From Lentibacter sp. (GTDB taxonomy: Bacteria > Pseudomonadota > Alphaproteobacteria > Rhodobacterales > Rhodobacteraceae), in assembly GCA_016744435.1 (NCBI GenBank), contig JADGEJ010000009.1:620-64619 (forward strand): 64,000 nucleotides of DNA, in the 5' to 3' direction. The notes beneath the pieces were generated by a model. The model searched no databases. It was not told the DNA's origin and saw only the letters and a program-made list of their open reading frames with translations. The translations under genes and the position numbers were made by a program. Positions 1 through 10,469 of this stretch are shown here, one piece after another. Every line of letters begins with the position of its first letter. The stretch's first letter is position 1.

Positions 1-468
1 CTTGCAGTATCGCCGCTGGTTTTGGGCACAGGATTGTTCATCATGATCAACCCTTACTACAGCCCCTCGGCGCTGGCTTTGCCTGTCACGGCGCTCGTCA
101 ACGCGCTCATGGCGCTGCCGTTTGCTCTGCGGGTTATTGCGCCGGAATATGCCCGCGTTGAGCGTGAATATGGCAAGCTTGCCAGTGGCTTAGGCATGAG
201 TGGCATGGCGCGTTTCCGGTTGTTGCTTTGGCCTCAAATTCGGCCTGCGCTGGGCTTCGCAGCAGGGCTTACTGCGGCGCTTTCGATGGGTGATTTGGGT
301 GTCATCACGCTCTTTGCAGATGCCGAGCAAGCAACGCTGCCATTGCAGGTTTACCGGCTGATGGGGGCTTATAAGATGGATGATGCAGCAGGCGCTGCAT
401 TGCTGCTGTTGGGGCTGAGTTTCACACTCTTTGCTCTACTGGATTGGGGAGGCCGTCGTGGCACTTGA
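1..468 (+). CDS. thiP: Thiamine-type ABC transporter permease, C-terminal fragment (gene starts upstream of the window)
   Basis: The frame is open from nt 1. The sequence is hydrophobic with an ABC-permease cytoplasmic loop (YARVEREYGKLASGLGMSGMARFRLLLWPQIRPAL). It overlaps the start of the downstream ATPase. Confidence 0.65.
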   Translation, partial: LAVSPLVLGTGLFIMINPYYSPSALALPVTALVNALMALPFALRVIAPEYARVEREYGKLASGLGMSGMARFRLLLWPQIRPALGFAAGLTAALSMGDLGVITLFADAEQATLPLQVYRLMGAYKMDDAAGAALLLLGLSFTLFALLDWGGRRGT

Positions 469-1159
469 ACTGGACAAGATGACCCTGCGCCAAGGCGCGT
501 TTGAACTGCATGCTGACTTCAGTGTCGAGGCTGAAAAACATGTCGCGGTGATCGGGCCTTCGGGGGCGGGAAAGTCAACGTTACTCTCTGTTATTGCTGG
601 ATTTTTGCAGCCGTCTCAGGGGCGAATTTGGTGGAATGGTGAAGACATCACCAACCACCCCCCAAGTGCGCGACCAACGGCAATGCTGTTCCAAGATGGC
701 AATCTTTTCCCGCATCTCACGGTTTGGCAAAACGCCGCTCTTGGGGTGCATCCGGGGCTACGGCTCAGCCCGCAAGATAAGGCTCGCGTTATGGCGGCGC
801 TCAAGCGTGTGGGCCTGAGCGAATATGCGCAGCGCAAGCCCTCGGAACTGTCGGGTGGGCAGCAAAGCCGCGTGGCTTTGGCGCGGGTGTTACTTCAGGA
901 TAAGGCCCTGATATTGCTCGATGAACCCTTCTCAGCACTTGGCCCTGCGTTGAAGGCCGAGATGCTCGCATTGGTCGGCGAGATCGCGGCGGAGCGGAAG
1001 GCCGCGGTGCTCATGGTGAGCCACGATCCACGCGACGCTGAGGGCCTCGCAGAAGAAGTTATCTTGGTGGCTGATGGGCAAGCTCACCAGCCGCGTAAAA
1101 CGGCTGATCTGTTCGCCGATCCGCCCGCCGCCTTGAAAGCCTATCTGGGCCAAAACTAA
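458..1159 (+). CDS. thiQ: Thiamine-type ABC transporter ATP-binding protein
   Basis: Walker A GPSGAGKST, signature LSGGQQSRV, Walker B LILLDEP. I prefer the GTG at 458 because a GGGGAGG RBS lies 6 nt upstream and it leaves about 32 aa before Walker A. The ORF track begins at TTG 431. Confidence 0.8.
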   Translation: MALELDKMTLRQGAFELHADFSVEAEKHVAVIGPSGAGKSTLLSVIAGFLQPSQGRIWWNGEDITNHPPSARPTAMLFQDGNLFPHLTVWQNAALGVHPGLRLSPQDKARVMAALKRVGLSEYAQRKPSELSGGQQSRVALARVLLQDKALILLDEPFSALGPALKAEMLALVGEIAAERKAAVLMVSHDPRDAEGLAEEVILVADGQAHQPRKTADLFADPPAALKAYLGQN

Positions 1160-1400
1160 AACGTTTCGAGTTTAAGTTGAGACATGACTTAAACTTGAAG
1201 CGCGCGAAATATCCCGATTGCGTGGGAGCTGCGTTCGGTATGGTTAACGCGAGATAGTTAGCCGTGAAACGAATGTGCCTACGGTGTGCAGCTATGTATG
1301 CAGCACCCTGTGCATAACGTGTGCATACGATCTTGGGCGGGCGCTGCGCCCCGAAAACCCTTAACGCGGCGTGCGTTGCGGCAAAGAGAGCAGGGCAAAG

Positions 1401-1428
1401 AAAAACCCCCGCCGGTGAGGGCGGGGGC
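1401..1428 (-). terminator. Rho-independent terminator downstream of petC
   Basis: An 8-bp GC stem (cccccgcc / ggcggggg) with a 6-nt loop. On the minus strand it is followed by a T5 run (aaaaa at 1401-1405 on plus). It sits 24 nt after the petC stop. Confidence 0.75.
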
Positions 1429-1451
1429 TAATTTAGCAAGCTGTCTAAAGC

Positions 1452-2240
1452 CTAGTGCTTTTTGGGCTTGTGTGGTGCCCAGAGGCGCTTGTTGGTCAGG
1501 TAGAGCAAGCAGGCGAGAATCGCGAGCATGATCACACCGATAAAGCCAGTCTGCTTGCGCGCCATCATCTTGGGTTCGGCTGTCCACATCAGGAAGGCTG
1601 ACACGTCTTCTGACATGTGATGCACAGAAGTGTCGTGACCATCAGCATACTCGACTTGCTCGTCGCTGAGCGGTGGCGCCATGGCTATCCAACCGCCCGG
1701 AAAGGCTGTGTTGGCGTAGAACGTCGTGCCGGCTTCTTCTTTTTCCTCGCCGGTATAACCGGTCAGGATCGAGACGATGTATTCCGGGCCGCCCATGCCT
1801 TTGAAGAGCTGGTTCATGCCTGTGCCGTATGGCCCGTGAAAACCAGCCCGCTTTTTCGCCATCAGCGAAAGATCAGGCGCGTTTTCGTCACCAGACGTCG
1901 GGAAGCTGTCCGTCGCCTTGGCTGCGCGGTCCTCGTCCAACTCGGCGTCGTAGACCGAGAAGTTTTCAGCCGCGTAGGCGCGCACTTCTGCGGCCGAGAA
2001 GTGTGGTCCACCTTCGTCGCCCAATGTGCGCAGTGGCACATACTGCAAGCCGTGACAGGCTGAGCAGACTTCAGTGTAAACCTGAAGGCCGCGTTGCAGT
2101 TGGAATTGGTCGAAGGCGCCAAACGGCCCTTCAAACGAGAAGTCCACGTCGTGAATGTGGCTTTCGCCACCTGCGGCTTGCAAGCCACCCGCCGAAAGGG
2201 CGAGGGCTGCTACTGCTGAGATTGCTAGTTTCTTAAGCAT
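1452..2240 (-). CDS. petC: Cytochrome c1 of the bc1 complex
   Basis: Signal peptide, heme motif CSACHGL, and a C-terminal TM anchor. It is the last gene of a petA-petB-petC arrangement. Confidence 0.92.
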   Translation of the reverse strand: MLKKLAISAVAALALSAGGLQAAGGESHIHDVDFSFEGPFGAFDQFQLQRGLQVYTEVCSACHGLQYVPLRTLGDEGGPHFSAAEVRAYAAENFSVYDAELDEDRAAKATDSFPTSGDENAPDLSLMAKKRAGFHGPYGTGMNQLFKGMGGPEYIVSILTGYTGEEKEEAGTTFYANTAFPGGWIAMAPPLSDEQVEYADGHDTSVHHMSEDVSAFLMWTAEPKMMARKQTGFIGVIMLAILACLLYLTNKRLWAPHKPKKH

Positions 2241-2258
2241 TGTTTCCCTAGTCCTTTC

Positions 2259-3581
2259 TTATTCAGCCGGAGTTTCGGCTTTGCCGTAATGGGCTTCGAA
2301 GTCTTCTTCGATGGTTGCAGGTGTTGGCAGTGGCTTCTCGACCACTCCGAGAACCGGCAAGATAACGAGGAAGTAACCAAACCAATAGGCTGAAGCGATG
2401 AGCGACCACGTTGCGTAGGGCTCTTCGGCTGGCATTGCGCCAAGCCACATCAGCACCACGAAGTCGATGCAGAGCAGCCAGAAGTACCACTTGAACATCG
2501 GGCGGTAACGGCCCGAGCGCACGCGTGACGTGTCAAGCCATGGCACCAGCGCCATCACGATGATCGCACCGAACATCGCAAGCACGCCGAAGAACTTCGC
2601 GTCGATGATGCCGCCTGTAAGCGCCGAGGCCCACTGGACAACCCAGACTTCTGAAGTGAAGGCGCGCAAGATTGCGTAGAATGGCAGGAAGTACCATTCG
2701 GGCACGATGTGAGCAGGTGTCACCAGCGCGTTGGCTTCGATGTAGTTGTCAGGGTGGCCAAGGTAGTTTGGCATAAAGCCAACGATCGCCCAGAACACCA
2801 TCATGATCAGCGCCAGTGCGAACAGGTCTTTGATCACGAAGTATGGCCAGAATGGCAGTGTGTCTTTTTCCACTTCGGCTTTCGAGCCATTGCGCACGTC
2901 AACGCCTGTCGGGTTGTTGTTGCCCGTGGTGTGGAACGCCCAGATGTGAACAACAACCAGAGCGGCAATAACGAATGGCAGCAGGTAGTGCAGCGAGAAG
3001 AAGCGGTTGAGCGTTGCGTTGTCAACGGCTGGCCCGCCAAGAAGCCATGTTTGCAAGCCTTCGCCAATGAACGGGATCGCGCCGAAGAGGCCGGTGATTA
3101 CCGTAGCGCCCCAGAACGACATTTGGCCCCAAGGCAGAACGTAGCCCATAAAGCCTGTCGCCATCATCGCGACGAAGATCAGCATGCCGACAATCCATGT
3201 GACTTCACGCGGGGCTTTGTACGAACCGTAGTACAGGCCGCGGAAGATGTGGATGTAGACCGCAAAGAAGAACAGCGAAGCACCGTTCATGTGCAAGTAG
3301 CGCAGGAAGTGGCCGCCGTTCACGTTGCGCATGATGTGTTCAACGCTTGCGAAAGCAAGGTCAACATGCGGCGTGTAGTGCATGGCAAGGATGATGCCCG
3401 TGACGATCTGCAACACAAGGCAGAACGCGAGCACGATGCCCCAGATCCACCACCAGTTCAGGTTTTTCGGTGTTGGGATCATCAGTGTGTCGTAAAGCAA
3501 GCCAACGATAGGCAGGCGCTTATGGAGCCATTTTTCTGCGCCCGTTTTGGGCTCGTAATGGTCGTGCGGGATACCAGACAT
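2259..3581 (-). CDS. petB: Cytochrome b of the bc1 complex
   Basis: A 440-aa polytopic protein with classic cytochrome b sequence ([39 protein letters not shown]). Confidence 0.95.
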   Translation of the reverse strand: MSGIPHDHYEPKTGAEKWLHKRLPIVGLLYDTLMIPTPKNLNWWWIWGIVLAFCLVLQIVTGIILAMHYTPHVDLAFASVEHIMRNVNGGHFLRYLHMNGASLFFFAVYIHIFRGLYYGSYKAPREVTWIVGMLIFVAMMATGFMGYVLPWGQMSFWGATVITGLFGAIPFIGEGLQTWLLGGPAVDNATLNRFFSLHYLLPFVIAALVVVHIWAFHTTGNNNPTGVDVRNGSKAEVEKDTLPFWPYFVIKDLFALALIMMVFWAIVGFMPNYLGHPDNYIEANALVTPAHIVPEWYFLPFYAILRAFTSEVWVVQWASALTGGIIDAKFFGVLAMFGAIIVMALVPWLDTSRVRSGRYRPMFKWYFWLLCIDFVVLMWLGAMPAEEPYATWSLIASAYWFGYFLVILPVLGVVEKPLPTPATIEEDFEAHYGKAETPAE

Positions 3582-3592
3582 AGCGCGTCTCC

Positions 3593-4159
3593 TTATCCGA
3601 GGATCAGTTCGCTGCCCTCAAACGAGGCAACAGGAACGAGAAGGTTGAGAGGAGCCGGGCCTTTGCGGATGCGGCCTGATGTGTCGTAGTGCGAGCCGTG
3701 GCATGGGCAGAACCAGCCGCCAAAGTCGCCAGCGCCGTCGCCGATCGGAACGCAGCCAAGGTGCGTACAGACGCCGATCATGACAAGCCATTCACCGGCT
3801 TCGTCAAGCGAGCGGTTCTCGTCGCTTGCGTCAGCGTCGAAGTTGTTGTTGTTCTGCGATGTTTTGTCGATCGTCAGATCGTCCACCGTGACTGCGCGCG
3901 CATCGGCGATCTCGGCTTCTGAGCGGCGGCGGATAAACACTGGCTTGCCGCGCCACTTAACTGTGAGCTGCGTGCCAACTTCGACATCCGCCGTATCAAC
4001 GCGAATTGAGGACATGGCCTGAACATCTGCTGATGGGTTCATCTGGTTGACGAGAGGCCAAACTGCGGCACCTGTTGCCACAGCACCTGCGCCTGCGGTC
4101 GCGTAGTAGATAAAGTCTCTACGTGTGCCTTCGTGATCGTCTGCGTGGGACACGAGCAT
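3593..4159 (-). CDS. petA: Rieske 2Fe-2S subunit of the bc1 complex
   Basis: Rieske boxes CTHLGC and CPCHGSHY, with a Tat-like N-terminus ([14 protein letters not shown]). Confidence 0.95.
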   Translation of the reverse strand: MLVSHADDHEGTRRDFIYYATAGAGAVATGAAVWPLVNQMNPSADVQAMSSIRVDTADVEVGTQLTVKWRGKPVFIRRRSEAEIADARAVTVDDLTIDKTSQNNNNFDADASDENRSLDEAGEWLVMIGVCTHLGCVPIGDGAGDFGGWFCPCHGSHYDTSGRIRKGPAPLNLLVPVASFEGSELILG

Positions 4160-4454
4160 TCTCCATTTTTCTCAGGCGTTTGCCGCCTATACGGTTCGGG
4201 GCCGCAGAAATCTGCAGCCTCTTGAGGCGTTCTTTAAACCTGCTTGGGCTTTGCGTCTAGCTTAGATTGGTTGTCAAACCCTTATGGCGCGTTTGTGTCG
4301 CGGGAAATCGGCCTGGTTGAGCCTGAGTGGGGAGGTTGCAGAGATGCATGACAGGGCGACTCATCTTTTGGGGGCATTTATGCCTATACATACCACTTTT
4401 ACGGATATACCCCTTGTTTAAACGAGTTGGAATTTTGCGTTTAGAGGGCACGGT

Positions 4455-5246
4455 ATGTCTTGGGCCAGATCAGAAAAAGAGGTGCTGGGGAGCTTTAAGG
4501 CTAACCTGACATCTATTTTGCGGGCTCAAGAGCTCACGGAAGCAGAACTGTCAGTGCTTGCCGGGTTCTCTGAAGAGGGGGCCATCGCGGAGATAATGCA
4601 GGGAGATGGCCTGCCGAATATGGCGGTGCCTGTACGGATTGCCGATGCATTGGGTGTTTCTGTTGAGGCGTTGCTGCGCGATAGGCGGGAGCATCTGAAC
4701 CAAGAGTTTGAGGCGCTTCCGGTGATGGAGGTTGATCGACAGGCAGCGCGGCTGTTGTCGGCTGTTTTCAAGTCAGCCGAGCGGGCTCTGGCCAATGGCG
4801 AGAGGCCGTCTTTGGACGCAATCATATCCTGGTGGAAGGACACCGATGGCGACTTGTCGCGCAGCGATCAGATATCGCCTCACTTTGACCTTATCAGCGC
4901 GGCTGAAGCCTTGAGCGCCATTCCGAGGATCCACCATGTTGGCGCGCTTGGGCTGTCGGCAACAACTTTGGGCTCGGCTGAGAACGTGCGCTTGGAGAGC
5001 TTTCTTGAGACGCTGAGCAAATCTGACCTCGCACAGCTGAATGGGCAGATAAAATCGGTCGCACTTTCTGGTGTTGGGCTGATCACGCCGCAAAAACGGA
5101 TTGTGGAGCCGCCAGAGACGAACGAAACTATGACTGTGAGTTTCGTTCGCCTGATGCTGCCTGTTAAAGACGCGTCGGGCACGCCCTTTGTGATGAACTA
5201 TTCGACGCTTCTGAGCGAGTCGACGCCGAGCAAGCAGGACGGGTGA
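4455..5246 (+). CDS. XRE/Cro-type HTH regulator with a C-terminal PAS-like sensor-type domain
   Basis: N-terminal HTH-like segment (LTEAELSVLAGFSE...VPVRIADALGVSVEALL). The C-terminal 150 aa alternates alpha/beta in a way typical of small-ligand sensor domains. The family call is tentative. Confidence 0.5.
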   Translation: MSWARSEKEVLGSFKANLTSILRAQELTEAELSVLAGFSEEGAIAEIMQGDGLPNMAVPVRIADALGVSVEALLRDRREHLNQEFEALPVMEVDRQAARLLSAVFKSAERALANGERPSLDAIISWWKDTDGDLSRSDQISPHFDLISAAEALSAIPRIHHVGALGLSATTLGSAENVRLESFLETLSKSDLAQLNGQIKSVALSGVGLITPQKRIVEPPETNETMTVSFVRLMLPVKDASGTPFVMNYSTLLSESTPSKQDG

Positions 5247-5917
5247 TGATGGATGAAGCGAGCCATGTCGAGCAGCTCGCCAGATTGTATCGCGACCAGA
5301 TACTCTCCTAAGGCACGCCCTTTGGGCAGAGCTTCCCATGAATGCGCTCCGGGATACTGGCGGGTGAAACCATATTCGGTGGCATATCCGAGGCGCGCGT
5401 CATCGGCCCTTATGAAGGCATAGAGCCAGTCGGGCTTCCAGCGGAGTTGGCAGTAGGCAAACAGCAGGTGCGTATAGAGCGACAGCAAGTGCCGTGAGCC
5501 GCGCACGCCTTTGGCGATAAAAAACTCACCCATATAGATGACCTGACCCGAGATTTCGTCGCAGGCCCGTGTTGCGAAAGGCTCGGCGTGTAGCTTGCCT
5601 TTGCCTTTGTAGAGCCTGCCATAGCTTCTTGCCCAATAGCTTGTCAGAGTTTCCGAGATGAGCGTGTCGTGGCGCGCGGCGACACCGCCTATATCGACGC
5701 CATCTTTTCGCAGGATCAGCCAGACAGCGTGATCTGCCGAGAGGTCATTGTGTTGTGATGAGATCATTGGCGTGACTGCGTGCTTGCCGATGGCGTTCAT
5801 ACGGTCTTCGCAGGCTTGAAAGTCAGATGACTCTTCGATGGTAATGCCTTTTTCTTCGAGACGTTGAGCGCAGGTGTTGAAGAGCTTCATCAGGTCTAGG
5901 ATTGCTGTGTTGGGCAC
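5198..5917 (-). CDS. GNAT-like acyl-CoA N-acyltransferase fold protein (function unknown)
   Basis: GTG start with a GGAG RBS 8 nt upstream. The beta-alpha pattern (AVWLILRKDGVDIGGVAARHD ... VIYMGEFFIAKGVRGSRHLLSLYTHLLFAY ... LYAFIRADDARLGYATEYGF) resembles a GNAT core. Its 3' end overlaps the convergent regulator by 49 nt. Confidence 0.45.
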   Translation of the reverse strand: MPNTAILDLMKLFNTCAQRLEEKGITIEESSDFQACEDRMNAIGKHAVTPMISSQHNDLSADHAVWLILRKDGVDIGGVAARHDTLISETLTSYWARSYGRLYKGKGKLHAEPFATRACDEISGQVIYMGEFFIAKGVRGSRHLLSLYTHLLFAYCQLRWKPDWLYAFIRADDARLGYATEYGFTRQYPGAHSWEALPKGRALGEYLVAIQSGELLDMARFIHHHPSCLLGVDSLRSVE

Positions 5918-6090
5918 GGGCGTTTCTCCATGAGGGGTTGAGGGTTAAAGCCTCAAATCAACTTAATCATGTATCAACGCCAAGCCTTACTTGCGCATTT
6001 TCCCCGATTTTTTGGGAAAACTTGGGCGCAGGCTGCTTGATTGAAACAAACATGCTGCGGTACTGATCTAGGTGTTCAAAGGGGCCTCCA

Positions 6091-6702
6091 ATGGAAAAGA
6101 CCGACCTGAAAAAGCAACTCAAAGAGTTTTACCAGCCATCCTCCAAGGATTTCTCTGTCGTTGATGTGCCCGAGATGCCCTTTGTGAGTGTGGAGGGCCA
6201 AGGCGCGCCTGAGGGCGAGGCTTATAGCCACGCGGTGCAGTGGCTCTACTCGGTGATTTACCCGATGAAGTTTATCGCCAAGAAGAAATACGGCAAAGAC
6301 TTTGTCGCGCCGCCGCTTGAAGGCCTCTGGTGGGCTGACGACTGGGGCGATTTCACAGCAGGCAAGCGTGACAACTGGAAATGGCGGATGATGATAACGG
6401 CGCCGACATGGGCCGACCAAGCGTTGTTTGACGAGGCCGTCGCTAAGGCCACTAAGAAGCTCGGTGATGTGCCCGAAAGCTTAAAGCTCGCGCCGTTTCA
6501 CGAGGGCAAAAGCGTGCAGATCATGCATATCGGGGCGTATGCCGACGAAGCCCCTGTGATTGAGCGGATGCACAACGTCTTCATGCCCAAGCAGGGCCTC
6601 AAGCCACGCGGCTATCATCACGAGATTTACTTGAGCGATCCGCGCCGCGTGGCGCCGGAAAAGCTCAAGACAGTTCTGAGGCAGCCCGTGGCTGAGGCCT
6701 AG
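6091..6702 (+). CDS. GyrI-like small-molecule-binding domain protein
   Basis: About 200 aa with a sequence pattern typical of GyrI-like/SOUL-type proteins (FVSVEGQG.P...Y..A...LY...Y ... FHEGKSVQIMHIGAYADE...HHEIYLSDPRR). Confidence 0.6.
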   Translation: MEKTDLKKQLKEFYQPSSKDFSVVDVPEMPFVSVEGQGAPEGEAYSHAVQWLYSVIYPMKFIAKKKYGKDFVAPPLEGLWWADDWGDFTAGKRDNWKWRMMITAPTWADQALFDEAVAKATKKLGDVPESLKLAPFHEGKSVQIMHIGAYADEAPVIERMHNVFMPKQGLKPRGYHHEIYLSDPRRVAPEKLKTVLRQPVAEA

Positions 6703-7586
6703 GCCTGCGCGCAGATCATGTCATGCAGCCAGTTAAAGCCGCCGTCGCCCTCGCGCAGTTGAGCGTAAGTCATGAACACTTCGAGCGGCTCAAGCGTGAC
6801 GGGTGGCGCGCACTGCGCAAAGCCAGCAAAGTCGCCAGTGCAGAGCTTGGCTGGCAGGGTTGTGACCATCTCGGTGCCGCGCATCATGCGAGAGAGTGCC
6901 GAAAAGCTGGGCACTGACAGTTGCACATGCCGCTTGCGGCCAAAGTGGGCGAGGGCCTTATCAACATTGCTGTAAGGCGTGCCGTCATCAACAACAACGC
7001 CATGCGCCGCCGCGCAGTAGGCCTCAAGCGTGTCAGGCGCGGCGCGGGCTGAGCTGTCATAAAATGTCACATAGTCGTCGCGCAGAAGCGGAGTTTGGGA
7101 CACGCCCGCACGCGACAAGGGCAGCGGCGCAAAGATGATGTCGATGTCTTCAAACAGGCGCTCAAGCTGCACGGTTGGCCGCGTCTCTATGATCCGCAAA
7201 GACAGGTTTGGCCCTTGCGTGAGCAGCCTTTGAGCAACCTCGCCGAGAAAGCCGCCAAGCTCGTAGTCTGTTGCCATTATGGTAAAGCTGCGCTCGCTTT
7301 TGGCGGGGTCAAAGCCGCGTTGCTCTTGCAGGCTGTCCATCTCGGCAAGGAAGGCCTTGGCGCGCTCGGCGTATTGGCGGCCAAACTCGGTTGGCCGAAA
7401 GCCGTGACTCGTGCGCACCAAGAGCGTGTCGTCAAGAGCCACGCGCAGGCGCTCAACCGCGTAACTGACGGCAGAGGTGCTCATCGAGAACTTGTTCGCC
7501 ACAGGCCCGATGCGCCCCGCCTCGACCAAGCTGACAAGAATGTTGAGGTCGCGCAGCGAGACTTTAGAGAATCCTGATTTGTTCAC
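6699..7586 (-). CDS. LysR-family transcriptional regulator
   Basis: N-terminal wHTH (LRDLNILVSLVEAGRIGPVANKFSMSTSAVSYAVERLR) plus a LysR substrate-binding domain. It is divergent from a small membrane-protein gene. Confidence 0.85.
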   Translation of the reverse strand: MNKSGFSKVSLRDLNILVSLVEAGRIGPVANKFSMSTSAVSYAVERLRVALDDTLLVRTSHGFRPTEFGRQYAERAKAFLAEMDSLQEQRGFDPAKSERSFTIMATDYELGGFLGEVAQRLLTQGPNLSLRIIETRPTVQLERLFEDIDIIFAPLPLSRAGVSQTPLLRDDYVTFYDSSARAAPDTLEAYCAAAHGVVVDDGTPYSNVDKALAHFGRKRHVQLSVPSFSALSRMMRGTEMVTTLPAKLCTGDFAGFAQCAPPVTLEPLEVFMTYAQLREGDGGFNWLHDMICAQA

Positions 7587-7669
7587 TTTTAACTAAAGCC
7601 TTATCCCGATTGATAGGATTGAGTGTAGCCCCCTAAACTGGCTTGGCAATAGCTTAGAGGAAATTTGCA

Positions 7670-8038
7670 ATGCTAAGACTTCTGTCAATCGGGCTGATCT
7701 TGTCTACGGGAATGGGCGTCGGCTCGCTCCACAATGCGCAGATGCGCGAGGCGCTTCCGGGCTTCTTTACGCCGCTTGGGTTTACGCTGATCGCGCTGAC
7801 GTTTCTGGCGTTTCTCGGCGGCTTGCTGTTGTTGTTTTACGCCGAGAAGGCGGGCGGCTTTACCCGCGCTCATGCCTTGGGCGCGGCCGTTTTTGCAACC
7901 GTGATCGAAGGGCTCAACCTTGTCACGACGCTGGCGTCAGAAGGCTCACTGCACGGCTGGCTGTTTCACGAATACCTCGGCGTTATCGTGGCACCGCTTA
8001 TCTTGGTGGTACTGTTGATGAAGCCTCAAAAGGCCTAG
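7670..8038 (+). CDS. Small integral membrane protein (about 4 TM), function unknown
   Basis: The 122 aa are almost entirely hydrophobic helices. It is divergent from the LysR gene. Confidence 0.5.
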   Translation: MLRLLSIGLILSTGMGVGSLHNAQMREALPGFFTPLGFTLIALTFLAFLGGLLLLFYAEKAGGFTRAHALGAAVFATVIEGLNLVTTLASEGSLHGWLFHEYLGVIVAPLILVVLLMKPQKA

Positions 8039-8787
8039 CGTGATGTGCCCGGCGGGTTGAGCACGGCGAGGTAATCAGCTTTGCTGATCTTCACGAGGCC
8101 CTTGAGGCTAAGCGCGGCTTTGTCATCGGGCGAAAGCCGCGCAAGAGCAGCGCTGACAGCGATGAAAATCGCGTCAGCGTCGCGGCCTTGCGCAGTGATC
8201 AACGGCAGGCCCGGGGTGGGCGCTGTCCACTCCAGCACGCGCAGCTTGGCGGCCCAAGGCTCGTAGCGCTCCATCATCAGCCACGACACAGCGTCAAGCG
8301 CAGCAATGTCAGCCTGCCCCTCGGCGACGGCTTTGGCCGAGGCGAGGTGTCCGCCCGACTGCACGCGGTTTTCAAACCAGAAGCCCTGCTCTTGGCTATG
8401 AAAGTAGGGCGCGCCGAAGCCTGACTGTGAGAAGGTTTGGTTGTAGGTGAAAGTCGCATCTTTGAACGCGATAAGCGTGTCGCGCCCATCGTCAGCGCGC
8501 ACCACGATGGGGCTGCGGTAGTAGCCCGCCTTGCAGCCCTCAAGGCCGTAATCTGGCGTACCGACGAGCTGCACCTTGTCATGCAACCACGTGCGGTAAG
8601 GCATGCCGCAGGTTTGGCTGAGCACCAGTTCGGGGTTCTCCCAAACGAAGAATTCTTCGGCATCTTGCGAAAGCTCCTCTGGGCTGTCGATGCCGCGTTT
8701 GGCCAGCTCGGCGCGGATAAGCGCCCAGTAGCGGGCGTGGGCGTCAGCCAGTTGAGGCCGCTGGTACATCATCATATTAGCAATCAT
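8035..8787 (-). CDS. PhnD/SsuA-like substrate-binding-fold protein without a signal peptide
   Basis: I chose the ATG at 8787 (MIANMMMYQRP...), which lies 2 nt after the TAA of the upstream TPR gene. The longer 299-aa ORF would overlap that gene. The periplasmic-binding-protein type 2 pattern includes (GTPDYGLEGCKAGYYRSPIVV...GQADIAALD). Confidence 0.55.
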   Translation of the reverse strand: MIANMMMYQRPQLADAHARYWALIRAELAKRGIDSPEELSQDAEEFFVWENPELVLSQTCGMPYRTWLHDKVQLVGTPDYGLEGCKAGYYRSPIVVRADDGRDTLIAFKDATFTYNQTFSQSGFGAPYFHSQEQGFWFENRVQSGGHLASAKAVAEGQADIAALDAVSWLMMERYEPWAAKLRVLEWTAPTPGLPLITAQGRDADAIFIAVSAALARLSPDDKAALSLKGLVKISKADYLAVLNPPGTSR

Positions 8788-8789
8788 GC

Positions 8790-10469
8790 TTACTCTCCCG
8801 AACAGCAGGGTTTCGCGGCCATTCCGCGGCACATGCAGGATGAGGTTATCTCCACATCTGTGAGTGCTAAGGCGCGTTTGAGGCGCGGTTCGAACTGGGC
8901 TATCTCGCCCGTTGCGCCGCGACGCTTCAGGCACTCGACAAGCCCGTGTAGTGCCCAGACGTTGTCGGGGTGTTGGGCGCAGCGTTGCAGCTTGCCGTCA
9001 AGGCCAAGGTCGCTCCGGTAGACAGCCTCGGCCTCTTCCCAGTGCCCCTGCTCTGAGAGCAGTGCTGCCAAAGCGTGGCGCGGCGGATGCATCCAGGCCC
9101 ACGGCTCGGTATAGGCGAGGTTGTCATCGCGGTGCACGCTTTCGCGCAGGTGCTCGAAGGCCGCGGCGTAGTTGCCCTTGTGATATTCTAACTCGCCGTT
9201 CAGCATCTCTTCCCCGACAGCGAGAATGTCGCGTGCTGTGTTGTTGAAAAATGCCCGCTCCTGCGGAACGCGTTTGACAGCGGCATAGAAGGCAGCGCGT
9301 TCGGCGTCCGCCTTAGCGAAATTGCCAAGAGCCGCATGGGCGACGCCCTTGGCGTAATGGTGCATCGCGGTTGAGACGCAGTAAAGCGCGGCGTCGTCAG
9401 GCATCGGCGCATCCACGATGTCTTGCCAGCGCCCAAAGCGCACCAGCACGTGCATCTTCATCGAGTAGTAGCCCTCCATCGTAGTGGCAAGCTGGGGCCG
9501 CCCTTTGACGCTGAGCACATCGTGAGAGAGCGTCGCGCACATCTGCTCGGCAGCCTCCATCGCGGGGGTGAGTTGGCCAAGAAACATGCAAGTATACATC
9601 ATCAGGTGCAGATCATGCGCGCGCGCCGTGGTGTAGAAGTTAAAAGGCCCCGCGTAGTCGAGATACATGTTGTCAGCCGCGATGGCCTTCTCGCTGGCAA
9701 GCTTGGCCTTCGCGTAGTCGCCAACGAGTACATAGGTGTGGCCGGGCATGTGGTTCATGTGGCCCGCGTCGGGGCAGAGCATACCGAGAATATCGGCCGA
9801 GCGTAGGGCAGCTTCTGGCGCGTCTGACATCTCGGTGCAGTGGATGTGTAAGTGCAAGATCGCGGGGTTTTGCTGTGTGCCTGCCGCATCGTGCAGCGCG
9901 ATTGAGCGTTCGATAACCGCAAGCGCTTCAAGCGTGTCGGCTCCTTCGGCGGGCTTGCCTGTTTTGACGTCCCAAAGCCGCCACGGCGTGCGCGTCATAA
10001 GGGCCTCGGCGAAGACCGCCATAACGTCGTGATCATCGGGGAACTGCTCGTAAACGCGGCGCATGGCGGCGGCGTAGGCTGTGTCCCAAGCATCATAGTC
10101 TTCGCCGCTGGAGGCGTGGGGCTTCTGGAAGCGCTGGGCCAATGCCTCAACGACCGCGTGCTCAAGCGGCGTGGCCTCGCAAGCCCGCGCTAGGGCGATG
10201 TGTTTACAGGCCGTCGCTGTTGCCGCGTCAGCCTCGGCCTCGCTAAACTGCCGCCAAGCGTTATTGTAGAACGGGCCTGAGCCATAAGCGATGCCCCAAT
10301 GGGCCATCGCGCAGTTTGGGTCGTGCTCTAAAGCACGCTCAAAGCAAGCAACGCCCTCTTCGTGGTTAAAGCCGTAACACCAGTTGAGGCCCATGTTGAA
10401 CCAGCGCTGCGCTTCTGGTGACGTGGTGGTAACGGGCTTTTCGTGCTGGCCCAAATTGAAACGGTCCAT
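8790..10469 (-). CDS. TPR-repeat protein with a Cys-rich C-terminal tail, function unknown
   Basis: 559 aa of repeated helical hairpins (WFNMGLNWCYGFNHEEGVACFERALEHDPNCAMAHWGIAY ...). The C-terminus is TSSCMCRGMAAKPCCSGE. Its ATG shares 1 nt with the GST stop codon (both at 10469). Confidence 0.6.
   Translation of the reverse strand: MDRFNLGQHEKPVTTTSPEAQRWFNMGLNWCYGFNHEEGVACFERALEHDPNCAMAHWGIAYGSGPFYNNAWRQFSEAEADAATATACKHIALARACEATPLEHAVVEALAQRFQKPHASSGEDYDAWDTAYAAAMRRVYEQFPDDHDVMAVFAEALMTRTPWRLWDVKTGKPAEGADTLEALAVIERSIALHDAAGTQQNPAILHLHIHCTEMSDAPEAALRSADILGMLCPDAGHMNHMPGHTYVLVGDYAKAKLASEKAIAADNMYLDYAGPFNFYTTARAHDLHLMMYTCMFLGQLTPAMEAAEQMCATLSHDVLSVKGRPQLATTMEGYYSMKMHVLVRFGRWQDIVDAPMPDDAALYCVSTAMHHYAKGVAHAALGNFAKADAERAAFYAAVKRVPQERAFFNNTARDILAVGEEMLNGELEYHKGNYAAAFEHLRESVHRDDNLAYTEPWAWMHPPRHALAALLSEQGHWEEAEAVYRSDLGLDGKLQRCAQHPDNVWALHGLVECLKRRGATGEIAQFEPRLKRALALTDVEITSSCMCRGMAAKPCCSGE

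Noticed and set aside
1169-1195. 9-bp perfect hairpin (agtttaagt/acttaaact) after thiQ, considered as a terminator
   Set aside because: The stem is AT-rich and no T-run follows, so the evidence for an intrinsic terminator is insufficient.
2709-3689. 326-aa plus-strand ORF
   Set aside because: It lies entirely antisense to the unmistakable cytochrome b gene. The composition (His/Val/Arg/Asp-rich, no motifs) is typical of a shadow ORF in GC-rich DNA.
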